A stretch of 64,000 nt of DNA from Amoebidium appalachense. Its lineage: Eukaryota; Protista; Ichthyosporea. Shown here in pieces: positions 24,461 to 49,601 of the stretch (position 1 is its first letter; each line of letters begins with the position of its first letter). The stretch lies in the NCBI GenBank assembly GCA_963693365.1, contig CAVNZM010000009.1, positions 3,536,231 to 3,600,230 of the forward strand. Reading direction: 5' to 3'. The translations under genes and the position numbers were made by a program. The notes under the pieces were generated by a model. It worked only from the letters and a program-made list of their open reading frames with translations. It was not told where the DNA came from and ran no database searches.

Positions 24461-25610
24461 ATATTTGTAAAAAAAGTTAGAGCAACTCAGGGTTCGAAAT
24501 TGAAATTTCACATGTTCACAGTGCTCACACACTGCTACATACATAGTGCACGGCCTGCACAATCTAGAAGAAAGGGCCTGCGAAGTACATATAGCGCACG
24601 TGTCAATCCCCAGGGCTGCCTGCTGTACGCACGGAAACCAACGCCATCTGACGACTTGACTCATGCTGCAGCTGGAGCATGCAAAATTTGTCGGGGAACT
24701 GCCAAAAAGATTCAAAATAGAGGCTCAAACACAAAAATGCACGGGGAGCCCACAACGTTTACAAAAATGAACGGTGCCACCCCCCCCCCCCCCCCCCCCC
24801 CCACCCACCCACCACCACCACCACACACACACACACACACACACACCCACGTGGCCACGTGCACCCACACCGGCCCCCCCCAAAACCTTGCCTTCAAAGC
24901 TATCATACATATGCCTCATCCATTTGCGCACACTGTGCACATGTGAATCCTCATGCGGGTTCTCTGTAGGCATGCACAAACCAACAAAACACCCTGTTTA
25001 ATTAAACTGTGGTCGTGGATCAAAATTTCTTTGTTATCTTTAGTTTTAATCAGCTATTCTGCAATCAATAGGACAAGCCTATTAAAACATCACCGGCATA
25101 CTATAACACGTGCTGCCTGATAAACCAGTATCAAGGCACACTCTCACCCAGTTGAAACTATCACAAACAAATCAAACATTAATCTCCCCCCCCCCCCCCC
25201 CCCCCCCCTCCACCAAATATGCCTTCTTTTTTACTTCCCTCCCTTTATGTCATCATGACAGAATAATACTAACATCATTGGCACCCCAAGGCTGTATTGT
25301 GGTATAAGATTTATCTATTGAAGAAAGAATATGGGGAAAACCATCTAGCTACGCCAATCAGATTAGCCATATAAGGAAATTAAAAAAAATCGTTTTTACG
25401 AAAGGGGGCCCTACGTGTGTTTGTGTGTGTGCGCGCGCGCGTGCGTGTATTGTGGGTGCAGGCGCCCGTTGGCATGTTTGCGCGTTTGTGCCTGTGTGTG
25501 TGCGCACGAGTATGTGTGTGTGACTGCGCGGGCGTAAGCACACACCTTGTATCTGTGTGCGTGTGTACTGTGTGTGTTCTGTGTGTGTATGTGTATGTGT
25601 GTGTGTTTGT

Positions 25611-25667
<57 letters not shown>

Positions 25668-25934
25668 TGTGGTGTGTCTGTGCTGGGGGGGGCAAGGGTT
25701 AAGAAAACCAATGCGCTAAGCCTAAGTCGATAGCCTCAGCAACCCCCCCCCCCCCCCCCCCACACACACACACAGTCACACACAAAACACACACACACAC
25801 AAAAAAATGCCCACACACAAACACCTCCCCACGCAAAACAAAAAAGCAATCCTTCTGACAAATTGCGCAACTGCATGCCTCCGAGCACAAGTCCGGTGGT
25901 TCAGAATATCGCCAATTACGCTCCTCTCAGCCGA

Positions 25935-36957
<11,023 letters not shown>

Positions 36958-38995
36958 GTTGACTTGCAACAGCGAACAACTGCGCTCTGCTTGCCCAGTT
37001 AAATAGCCCTATCCAGGTTATAACTTGCTACAAAAGGAACTCGCTCCAGCTAAGCTAGCTCGATGTTGAAATGTATCTGGGTGTGGCACGGTAGCAGCAA
37101 GCCAAGCAATTACAAGCAAACTTATTGACCTGTTAACCCTAATAGCTCTTATAAACCCTCCAGATATCGGGTCACGAAGTTATCCCACCTGTATAAGTGG
37201 GAAAATCAACAAAGGTAGTTGAAATTGAAAGAAGTATAGTTCGTTATTTAGCTCTCTCCTCCCAATTGCAAACTTTGAGTGTGAGGGCCACACAGACTGA
37301 CTGTGAGTGGTGCGGGGCCAGTGACGTCATGGAACACGATGGAATCGCGATAATTAAGTCCTTTCTGATTGGCTGACAGGGTTCGAAGGCTCACACAGAC
37401 AAAGCCTCTGAAACAAATGAGGCTGTTTCCACGGCCATGGGCTGTTTCTTAGCCGGGGTTAGTCTACTTTCGCTATGATTTTTCTAATTTATAAATGTTT
37501 TTCTGCAACCTAGTTTTTAGATAATTTTTGGAAAGGTGGCTGTCGTACCAGCAAAAACTCGACAAAAAATCGCTGGGGCCGGGTGTTGGCGCCTTCAGTG
37601 CACCGTGCCTGCGGCGAACCGTTCAAATTCCATGTTCGACGTCCACAAACTCAGAATCTGAGGCTCACACTTCGTCATCATGCCAATATATTGTGGTCTA
37701 GTGCACAGAGACACACATGCACACTTACAAATATTGTGGTGCACAAACGCCGTACACCGGGGTCTCCGGAGGGGGGGCGGGTTGGTGCAATGGTAAGATC
37801 TCTGCGTGTCAAGCTCAAAGTCGCAGGATCGATCGGACGGCCATCTAGAAACACCGTTAGATGGCCGTGCACCGGTGGTCCTGGTTCTTCCGATTTTTCT
37901 GCCTCGACGGTCCACCGGTCTGGCCGCCCCCTAGAAGCCATCACCCCAGACCACGTCAAGCAGCACCACCAATTTGTTATCATCCGGCCGCAAGACATGA
38001 CGTCATGAACACTACCGGCCCTCTGACGTCGACGGCGCGCTGCTTGGGCATCCCGGCCACGGCCATCTGTGAATCCCGGCCCAACATTCAAATGGGAGAC
38101 CAATCCGAGTCACCGGCCACGGTTCGGGTCAGCGTCCTGGGCATGGGGTCTTCCCTTTCAAGTCTTTATGTTTGTGTTGTGTCCCGGGTCGCTCCCGGCT
38201 GGTGTTGTTAAAGCGAGCTGTAACTCACTTCCCCACTAGCGTTGCTGCGGCTAGAACCGTGGGATAAGGCGTAACTAAAAATAGTACCAGTTGGGGTCAA
38301 TTAGAATCCTGACTTCAATGATGAGTGTGCTATACAGTACGATCTGTGTCTAGCCAGAAGACGGTAAGCTCCCCTCAGGCAGTGCCTCGCCGGGAGTGAA
38401 ACGGGATAAAATAAAAAAAATAAAAATAAAAAGGGGTCTCCGGGGGCCAGGGGGCCCTGGGGCGGAGGCTCAAAAAAAAAAAAAAAAAAAATACAGAGAG
38501 AGAGAGAGAGAGAGAAAGACAAGCAGCTCTAGAGAGAGAGAGAAAGAGAGCAAAAAGGAAAAATCGAAACATAGGTATCGGGCCACCTCACTACATGATG
38601 TGTACTTGTGTGTGCGTGAATGTGGGGCGCACGAGCATATGCATCAATGCGCCCTACGCAATCAAGCGGGTGTTGTGTGGTACGGTATTAACTTGAACTG
38701 TGTTCCAACCATATACAGGGAACTGTATCCAACAACATAACGTTAGTAAAAGGTCAAAAGGAAAAGCCACACAGCAAGAGATTGAATTAGAGGCATGCAG
38801 CTTTGTGGTGGGAAAAAGCAACGAATGGCCAACACGCTGCACTTGTGAAGATGTGTAATACTATGTGTGTGTGTGTGTGCGTGTGTGTATACGTGGCACT
38901 TGGATGTGTGGGGGTGTGGGCCCGGGGGTGTGCGGGCGTGAGGATGTGCCACTGGTTGGGTGGGTGAGTGGGAATACATGCTGTGTGTGTGTGTG

Positions 38996-39070
<75 letters not shown>

Positions 39071-39185
39071 CGTGCGTGCGTGTGTGTGTGTGTGTGTGCG
39101 TGTGTGTGTGCACGGGCGCTTGTGTGTGCATGGCATGCGTGCGTGTGGCGTGTGTGCGTGTGTGTGTATGTTTGTGTGTGTGTCA

Positions 39186-39218
<33 letters not shown>

Positions 39219-39390
39219 TGTGTGTGTGTGTGCAGATGTGGGCACGTGTTAAATGTAACTTCTTTGTATATTCGGATACCTGGAGGGGCTCGCAGCCGTG
39301 TGGCTTTTTTTTGCTATACGTAGGGGGGAGGAGGAGGGGGGGGGGAGGGGAGGGAGGGATTTTGAGTAGAATGGGGGGGGGGGGGGGCAG

Positions 39391-39534
<144 letters not shown>

Positions 39535-39648
39535 TCTCAGTCTATCTCTGTCTCCGATATATATGATATATATCTACAGTAGCTCTCTCTCCGGCCACGG
39601 ATCTCCCCCCCTCCCCCCCCCCCCCTCTCTTTCTCTCTCGCTCGCTCG

Positions 39649-39689
<41 letters not shown>

Positions 39690-39761
39690 TCTTTCTCTCT
39701 CACTCGCTCGCTCACCCCCTCTCCGCTCCCCCCCCCCCCAACACACACACACATACACTGT

Positions 39762-39836
<75 letters not shown>

Positions 39837-40038
39837 ACAAACACACACATACACTGTGACACACACACACATGTACATGCACACACGCACACACGCACGC
39901 ACACACGCACACACATGTACACTGTGTTCACACATGCACACACACACACACAGTCTCTTTCCCCCCTTCCCCATCTCTACGTCTGTCCTTTTCTCTCTCT
40001 CTCCTCTCTCTCTCTCGCCGTGTGTGTGCGAATGTGTG

Positions 40039-40165
<127 letters not shown>

Positions 40166-40821
40166 GGCGCGTATGTACAGCGTGTGGTGTGTTAACTACC
40201 ACAGTGTGTCAGCGTCCAGTGAGTGTGGCATGCAAGTCACGGTGAGAGAGTTATGAGTCGGGAGGTGGACCAGGTACCAAAAAAAAAAAAAAAAAAGAAA
40301 GAAAGAAAAGAAAAAAAAAGTGTAATCTCGAGAAATTGTTGGCATTATTTCATGGCCTCGTTTCTTTCATGATGCAAGGGGAGATCTTCTGGCACCATTC
40401 TCGAGCCATTCAGTTCTCCTTTTTACTAAGATCTTTTTTTTTTTTTTTTTTTTTTTGCCTGCAGAGATTGATATAATTCCAGGGAGGCTTCCCTGAGTTA
40501 TTCTGCGTTTTCAGGATCACCGGAATAAATTGTCCTTCATTTACTAAATCCATGTGTGTTCATGTGTGTGATCTCAATAACTTCCCCGTCTCCGTGTGTG
40601 CATGTCTGGCTCGTGTGTATGTGTGCTGATATATGTGTGTGTGCCCCCGTATGCGCCGGTGATGACACCGAGCGCGCACGGCTGTGTGTATTTGTGCATG
40701 TGCCAGTCAAAGAGCACGTTCATTTGCATCGCTATATTGGACCAGACAACAGGACCTTCAAAGTATTCTTCGAAGTCAAACCAGTTTATTAATGAAAATA
40801 GGCAAACATATGCGAGTTTAC

Positions 40822-40881
<60 letters not shown>

Positions 40882-41195
40882 TAGTCATGTCAATATTTAG
40901 CAAGAGCACCAACGGCTTTTCAATGTGCTGGGGTACACGCAGTGCCCCACTGCCACGCGTTAATAAGGTGGCGCATTTGAGTCTCAGTGTGTAGTAACCG
41001 AGTCGCTTATAACAATCTAGAGAACCATTTTTGTTCTTGTAACTATTCGAGTAGGAAAGGGATAAACTAATCTGGTCTGGCCTCCTGAGTGAGTAGTTAC
41101 AGGCGATAGGTAGCGCCAAAGTCATTAACAGAGGATATATGTATACTTTCACTGAAACCACTTCTTGCGTGGCCCGGAGTAATTAATTCGTCTAT

Positions 41196-41539
41196 CTAGG
41201 AATCCCTTCTGAATCTTGCGACGAGCTTCTCTCTACCAAGATGCACAAAAAAGCACCCTGTCCAAATAAGGCAAGCGCCAGCAACCAGGATGGGGTAGAT
41301 GTACCAGGCCGCTGGGGTGGTAATGTCCATGAACCAGTAGGTCCATCCGAACCCTGCAAAGTAGAAGATCCACGTGTACACACAGAAGCTGAGCAAAAAG
41401 GCGACGAAAAAGTAGATGTGGCCGAAAACAAAAATCTGGCGGTTGCATGAAAATTCAATCAGCATCATCACGCCGTCCATGCCGTGCAGGCTGAAGTTGG
41501 TCCATGCTCGGAGGCTCTCACTCCAGGCAGCTGTTGAAT

Positions 41540-41570
<31 letters not shown>

Positions 41571-42103
41571 GGGGGGGAAGGGGGGAGGGGGGAGGGGGGG
41601 GGGGGGGGGGCAGTTAGTGCGACGGTTTTTGGGAGAGGGGGGGGGGGGGGGGGGGGGGGGGGCAGTTAGTGCGACGGTTTTTGGTATAGCAGGGATCAAC
41701 AGAAAACGGTGCATGTGCATGCAACTACCCTTCATGATACTTGTGTGGGCCGGTGTTACAGTGCATGTACGTGTCGTGAACGGGAATAGGGTAACGGCAT
41801 GCCTTGGGTAAATCGGATTAATGCAGGCGCTCTATCTGATTTATGCAAGTTGCCATTATGGGCCGAGACGTATACACAACAGCGAGAGAGCACTTCCCTA
41901 AAAACCTCTTTGGCAACGAGCTTATTGAAAGCAAAAAGAGTGCCCTTCCAATCTACATAAAGAAGAGGTTTATTCCAAGCGATCTTACAGTAATGTCTCG
42001 ATCATAGTATAATCAATTTTGTGCGATTGTTTTAGGCTACCTTTACCACACGCATCGTGTTTTGAACAACACATGTACACCTTCGTTTTTTTTTTTTTTT
42101 TTT

Positions 42104-42150
<47 letters not shown>

Positions 42151-43564
42151 GATAGGGCCTACTTACGTGCCCAGGATCTTAGGCAGGTCCAAAACAGGAT
42201 TGGAACGATGACCTTAAACGTGAACATGACCTCGTACAAGATCCAGAATGCAAGGTTGATCCACCGCGGCTGCGACTCAAAACTGCGTGGCTTGCCCTCA
42301 CGTCCTTGCCGGATATAAAGTGCTGTGGGGAGGGGGATAATCCATTACTATTTCTACCGAATCACTACCATATTTCAGAACCATAGACTATAGGTAATTT
42401 TAATTTAATGGTATGGTATCCAAATATCTATTGAGGTTGCCCACATGGAATGTGACAATTAACTGATAGGGGAAAGGACCGGGAACATATATCATACCTG
42501 TATGTACTGCTGCCGCAATAAGGTAGATGGTCATTCCGATGAATGTCAGTTGTGTGCCGTAGCGAAACTGCAATGGGCACGTGTGTGGCATTAGAAATAA
42601 TCCATGCGCACAATGTCGATGGCAATGCGTGATACATGAGCCAACTAGTGTTAACGAACAGTACATAATTAGCATGCTAAATTTGCCCCCCCCCCCCCCC
42701 CCCCCGGCCCCTACCCATCCTCCCTCCCCCCCCCCCCCCCCCCCACTCTCCCCTACCCATGTGCACCCACCCACCCCACCCCACCCCATTTTAATCTCCA
42801 ACTAATGCCGTAGAATATTATGTACTTGTGAAGAAACACACGTCAATACAAACGAGAATGAATTTGAGAATGCAAAGAATTTTTTAGTTTTGCAGCAGCT
42901 TGTCCATGCATGAGGCCTATAGGGCAAGTTATGGGAATTGTAACAGGAAATAAATTAAGTTTTATAAAGAACACTTCGCAGGGATCGGGTAGGCTCCCCG
43001 GGGAGGGCTTGGAATGGCGTGCACGGGGCGGGCCCAGGGGATGTGAAGGGGGGAGGGGGGAGGGGGGAGGAGGGGGGATGGGGGGGGGCCGGGGGAGGGG
43101 GTCGATGATTCATTCAGAAATTAACACACAGGCCCACAGATGTTCAAGTAGAAACCTACCCAAAGGCCATGGTCAAAGTCAAGCATAGCAGATGACGTCA
43201 GAGTGGCCAGTGCGTAGCACACAAGCACGGCCCTCACGCACAGCAGAGCCCATGCAGGCAGGAAGTGTGAGGTCACAAATCTCTCCGTGTCCAGGTGGTG
43301 AAACTTGAACCGCCAAAACTGTTCCCTCCACCCGCCAGCGTGGTAGGGTTGTAACACGTCATCGTCTGTGTCTTGTGGTGGTTTCTGGTCTGCGACGGCA
43401 ACGCTGCACACAACTGCCTCGAGACTTACGGGCTTGAAATCGTAGAATGTTTTCGAATTGGAAACTTCGAAGGCTAGCGGTTCCACGACATCTGCACATG
43501 TGGGGCTCTGCATGGTCGAGTCGGTGTTTGCGCTCGCAGAGCTGTAGTTGGCGTGAGGTGCCAT
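41196..43564 (-). CDS. Rolling-stone / FAR-17a-AIG1-like multipass membrane protein, copy A (4 exons, 321 aa)
   Basis: Exons 43564-43160, 42567-42498, 42322-42167 and 41530-41196 have phase-consistent GT-AG introns. Motifs ERFVTS, WFRYGTQLT, ILFW, SLHG, IEF, WTYWFMD. Confidence 0.85.
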
Positions 43565-43689
43565 GTTAGCGGGTGGTCGCCTTTGCTGCTTAACGACGAA
43601 AAAAAGAAAGAGTTTGCGCTTGCGGCTGTCTGAAAGCGACACACAGCTGAAACGTTTTTCGAAAGCGCACTGAAATCTGCAGCGCAAGG

Positions 43690-43850
43690 TCATCCGTTTA
43701 TATACTTTTTGTGCTGGATCTCGCAACCAATCATAATAGTATTAGTTTTGAACCAATCATAAAGGGTCATAAGATCCCCCAATCAAATGCTTTCTCAAGC
43801 TTTTTTGTTTGCGTCACCACGTGACCACGGTGAGTCACCAGCGGACCTGT
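43690..43850 (-). promoter_or_regulatory. Promoter of copy A: TATA box, three CCAAT boxes and a GTCAC/GTGAC cluster
   Basis: Motifs are conserved in order and approximate spacing with 49745-49905 while the spacers diverge. Confidence 0.6.
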
Positions 43851-44433
43851 CGCGAACTGTGCCAAACCCCCCCCCTCCCCCCTCCCCTCCCCTTCCCCAG
43901 CTCCCCTATCCCTCTTCCTTTTCTGATTGATGAGCATAAGCAAAGGGGTGGGTGTATATATATATAACTCGAGACAAAATATGTGCCACTATTGTGCGGA
44001 ATGCGGGTGACATATTTGGATGACAACAAAGCCCTTTAGCTCACAAGATCGCGAAACGCTATCCCCATAGCACTTATCAAAACACCCCCAATATACCAGG
44101 TGCCCTGTGCTCGCCTCTTTACGCTATCATGTAAGACCCGGGGTGCAGAGAGTACTTATGCATGCATACTTGGCGCCTATATATGACAGGAGTAGAACGA
44201 GGGAATTCGAATGGATGCCATATTATGGGTGAACCATTGCGCATGAATTTCGGTTCATTAAAACATATCCTTACTCTCTATCCACGGCAAGAAGAAAATG
44301 TCACTTACTTACACACTCAACGTTAACCCCATTTCCTCTACCTCGAACAAAGAAATGCAGAGATGGTATTAATTACGGGGCTTCATCCCCCCCCCCCCCC
44401 CCCTCCCCCCCCCCCCTCCACCCCCCCACCCCC

Positions 44434-44467
<34 letters not shown>

Positions 44468-44833
44468 ACCCACCCACCCACCCCACCCCTCACCCCCCAC
44501 CCCAGCCATCCCACCCCAACCCACTCCACCTCTGATCAGGGGCCCCAGCTGCCCTCCTCCTCATCCAGCTCGCAGGAAGTTGTTTCTGCTGATGTGGTCG
44601 TCTGAGACGGTGGGGTTTTAATAAATTTTTGTGTGATGAAGAAATATGAAGGACCAGGCCCGAGGCTCCCTTGGTGGGAACGGGGGGATGGGGGGGGGGG
44701 GGGGGGGGGGGGGGTGAGGGAGGAGAAGCTATAGATGTGATATGTACATGTGCCGAGCGGATGTTTATGTATTGCAATTGATTCAAATTTTTCTCCTCTT
44801 CCTTTCTTCCTCTTCCTCTTTCTTTCTTTCCCC

Positions 44834-44865
<32 letters not shown>

Positions 44866-45491
44866 CCTTCCTCCTCCTCCCCTCCCCCCCCCCCTCCCTG
44901 TACTCCCCCCCCCCCCCCCCGGCCCTCCTTTTTTTCCTTCTTTTTTTCTTTTCATTTCTTTTTTTTTTTTTAGGAGAGGTGGAGGCCTATTAGGGGGGGT
45001 CAACTAATGGGACGGGTTTTTTTGGGGGGGGGGGAGGGGGGGGGGGGGGGGGGGGGGGGTTCGTCACAGCCCGTGGGTGAGGACGATGGATTGAGTACTA
45101 GTACTATAGCTTTATGTGGCAAGGCTGGAAGCCTTGGCGTGCAGCAACAAGTCAACGTTGCTAGGGGTTCATAGTGTGTGTGGTTGTGTTGTCGTGTTTG
45201 TTTGTGTGTAAGCGTGCGTGTGTGTGTTTGTGTGTGTGCGTGCGCGTGTGTGTTTGTGTGTGTGTGTGTGTTACAGTGGGTGTGTGTGTGTGCACGCGCA
45301 CTTTTTTTTTTGTTTGTGTATCTATGTGTGTCTGATTGTGTGTTTGTGCATGTCACGGTGTGTGTGTGTGTGTGGTGGGGAGGGGGGGGAGAAGGTCAAG
45401 GCTTACATTATTATTTCATTTCTATTCTGTTTGAAAATGTAAACCACTGACAGTGTGCCTATCAACACTTAGGAGACCGTACTCAGCCTTC

Positions 45492-45527
<36 letters not shown>

Positions 45528-45558
45528 TTATCAACACTCTAGAGAGTGTACTATTCCC

Positions 45559-45669
<111 letters not shown>

Positions 45670-45969
45670 ATGTAGATATATATGTAGCCATCATGGTTGT
45701 CCAAAGTGTTGTTGGAAAATCCCCTCTTCCTCCTCCAAATTCCAAATTAATTACGCATCTGACATGTGGAGGGTACACCCCCCGCCCTCCCCAACCCCCT
45801 CTTCCCTCGGCCCACCCACCCACCCCCGCCCCCCATCCACCCCATGGCCACCCCCACTCGATCCCCACCGAACCCTGGCCGTGCCCTTAGCACACAAACG
45901 CACTCGCGTGGCGCGCGCGCACGCACGCGCACACCGACCCACCCACATGCACACACACACACACTGTCG

Positions 45970-46027
<58 letters not shown>

Positions 46028-46048
46028 GCACACACACACACACATGCA

Positions 46049-46092
<44 letters not shown>

Positions 46093-46100
46093 AACACACA

Positions 46101-46183
<83 letters not shown>

Positions 46184-46294
46184 ATGGTTTCCCAAGGGTG
46201 TTTTTTTTTGTTTTGTTTTTTTTTTTTGGGGGGGGGGGGGAAGGGTGGAGGGGGGAGGGATGTTGCCTTACACAAACACACGCACACGCATGCA

Positions 46295-46455
<161 letters not shown>

Positions 46456-46963
46456 GGATACAACAGTTTTTTTTTTTTTTTTAGCAGACCACTGAAAACG
46501 TTTCAAATGTGCTGGGATACGCACAGTGCAAACACCCCTGCCACGTTGAACTATATCAGATGGCGGCACGAGTCTTAAGGTATAGTAATTATATCGCATC
46601 AAAACTCTACAGAACCATTTTTGCTCTTGTAAAGACATTTTGGCTATGGAAGGATGGCTAAATTTATCTGGATTTTTGTGTTTTGAATCTACATGGAACA
46701 GACCACGGGCCAAAGTTATTGGCAGGGGCTAAAAATCGATACCACTGAACCCACTTCTAATAATAACATGCCCTGGAGCACATAAAAGCCTCCTTCATCA
46801 CTCGACATCTACGTACCCAAAAATAATATAACACTAAGGCAATATACCGACCAACCCCATGCCTGAGACTGGTCTCTCTATGCGTCGAAAAAACAGCCCG
46901 CTTCAACCCCCCCCCCCCCCCCCAAAAAAAAAAAAAAAAACAATGAAAAATAAAAAAGTCTAT

Positions 46964-47313
46964 TTAGTTATCCTTTCGGAGTCTTGCGACAAGCTTCTCT
47001 CTACCAACATGCGCAAAAAAGCACGCTGTCCAAATAAGGCAGGCGCCAGCAACCAGGATGGGGTAGATGTAACAGGCCGCCGGGGTGGTAGTGTCCATGA
47101 ACCAGTAGGTCCATCCGAACCCTGCAAAGTAGAAGATCCACGTGTACACACAGAAGCTGAGCAAAAAGGCGACAAAAAAGTAGATGTGGCCGAAAACAAA
47201 AATCTGGCGGTTGCATAAAAATTCAATCAGCATCATCACGCCGTCCATGCCGTGCAGGCTGAAGTTGGTCCATGCTCGGAGGCTCTCACTCCAGGCAGCT
47301 GTTGAATGTATGT

Positions 47314-47361
<48 letters not shown>

Positions 47362-48785
47362 ACGGTCAGTGTTTTGTTAATGACATATAGGCTGCACGGG
47401 GTCACGGTGTATGCTACACGGAATGTACCATGTGCATGCGACTACCCTATGAAAAATATGATACTGGTGTGTGTCAGATACGGAAATAGGCTCGGAATAC
47501 GTTGAATATATCGGATCAACACAGGCTCCTAATCATGCACTTTTCCACTCATCCGGCAGAGATGCCCTGGAAACCTAACGTGCTCGTCAACGTTATGAAA
47601 TGGATATGGGTGCGACAGATTACATTCATATCATGCCATTGAATGTTGACCACAATTCGGTAACAATGAATGAGCGTTTCATTTAAAATTTGTGCATTTC
47701 TAACACGAGTGTACCTGGGTATTCAGTTACAGCTCCTTTGAGCAGGAGGTCACTTTTAGTTTCAGGCAGCCCTACAGCATGTATTCTACTATGTTTCAAG
47801 TTGCAAGTATGTATTTTAGGCTATACCTTTCGGGCCATACACATCGTATTTTGAATGCATGTGGTAATGGACCCAGGCATAATCACTCTTTTTTTTTTTT
47901 TTTTTTTTTTTGGGGGGGGGGGGGGGGGTGAGGGGGAGGGGAGGGGGGGGGGGGGGGGGGGGGGGGGGGTCACTTACGTGCCCAGGATCTCAGGCAGGTC
48001 CAAAAAAGGATTGGCACGATGATCTTAAATGTGAACATGACCTCGTACAAGATCCAGTATGCAAGGTTGATCCACCGCGGCTGCGACTCGAAGCTGCGTG
48101 GCTTGCCTTCACTCCCTTGCTGGATATAAAGTGCTGGAGGGACGAGGATAAACCATTACTATTCCTACAGATTTAACACCATGTTCCAAAACCATCGACT
48201 TGAGTAGTTTTTATTGCACTGGATAGTGTGTTGTATACGTATACTATAGCTACGTTCTATTGGGATCCCAAGTCATCCGCCAGCCTCCTCCCGGGGGGGG
48301 GAGGAGGGGGGGAGAGGGGGGAGGGGGGGGGGGGGGGGAGGGGGCGGGGCGGTGAGGGGAGGGGGGGAGGGGACAGTGGGGACAGTGGGGGAAGGGAGGG
48401 GGGAAAGGGGGTGGAGGAGGGGGGAGGGGGGGGTGGAGGGGGGGGTGGAGAGGGGGAGATAACCAATTGATGTCGAGAAACCGTTTAAACGAAATCAAAT
48501 TTTAAACATGTCGTTGCACAAATATCGTGCCATTAATTTATTCTATCCAAAAACCAGGGGCCTAATACCTAGGATACTTATATGGTATGTGGCTCCGTAA
48601 AAATAGGGGAAAGGATAGGCTCATACCTGTGTGGGCTGCTGCTGCGATAAGGTAGATGGTCATTCCGATGAATGTCAGCTGTGTGCCGTAGCGAAACTGC
48701 AATGGGCAAGGGTATGGCATGAGAAATTTAAGGCTTCATGCGCACGTGCGCACTATCGTTTGCATGATCGTGAGCCTACTGCATA

Positions 48786-48832
<47 letters not shown>

Positions 48833-49083
48833 CCACCACCACCACCACCACCACCACCACCCGGCCCATTACAATCTCCAATTCTTATCGTGAATTGTTG
48901 GCATGCGCAAAGAAACATGATGCAAAAAGAGGCAAGAATATGAATTCGGAAATTAGTGGTTGCAGGTTTGAAGGCCTGTTAGGGCGCCTTGTGGGAATCG
49001 TAGCAGGAAACAAACTAGTAAGTTTTGCACTTCGGAGGGGCCGGGTGGGGGTGGTTTGGGGGTGGGTTTTTTTTTTTTTTTTT

Positions 49084-49138
<55 letters not shown>

Positions 49139-49601
49139 GGATGAAGACATCACACAGGCCCATAGATGTTCGAATTCAAGAAGAACCTACCCAGAGGCCA
49201 TGGTCGAAGTCAAGCATAGCAGATGAAGTCAGTGTAGCCAGTGCGTAGCACACAAGCACGAACCTCACGCACAGCAGAGCCCATGTAGGCAGAAAGTGTG
49301 AGGTCACAAATCTCTCCGTGTCCAGGTAGTGAAACTTGAGCTGCCAAACCTGTTCCCTCCACCCGCCAGCGTGGTAGGAATGCAAGACGTCATCCTCTTT
49401 GTCTTGTGGTGCTCTCTGCTCTGGGACTGCAACACTGCACACATCTGCTTCTTCTATAATAGTACTTGCGGGCTTGAAATTGTAGAATGTTTTCGAATTG
49501 GAGGCTTCCACGGTAAATGTGGGACTCTGCATGGTCGAGTCGGTGTTTACGTTATTATTGGTGTTTTCACTCGCAGAGCTTTAGTTGGCACGAGGTGTCA
49601 T
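46964..49601 (-). CDS. Rolling-stone / FAR-17a-AIG1-like protein, copy B (tandem paralog); first ATG is followed by TAA at codon 7, probable start 49532
   Basis: Same four-exon structure and nearly identical exons 2-4 as copy A. ATG 49601 gives MTPRAN* where copy A has MAPHANY. Confidence 0.82.

Noticed and set aside
38318-38350. Hammerhead-like ATGATGA-stem-GATC, or a C/D box
   Set aside because: The core deviates from CUGANGA/GAAA at several positions, there are no convincing stems I/III, and no suitably placed D box.
40574-41161. ORF sharing YYTLRL with 45751-46713
   Set aside because: The homologous segments do not keep frame; they are duplicated 3' flanks of the tandem genes.
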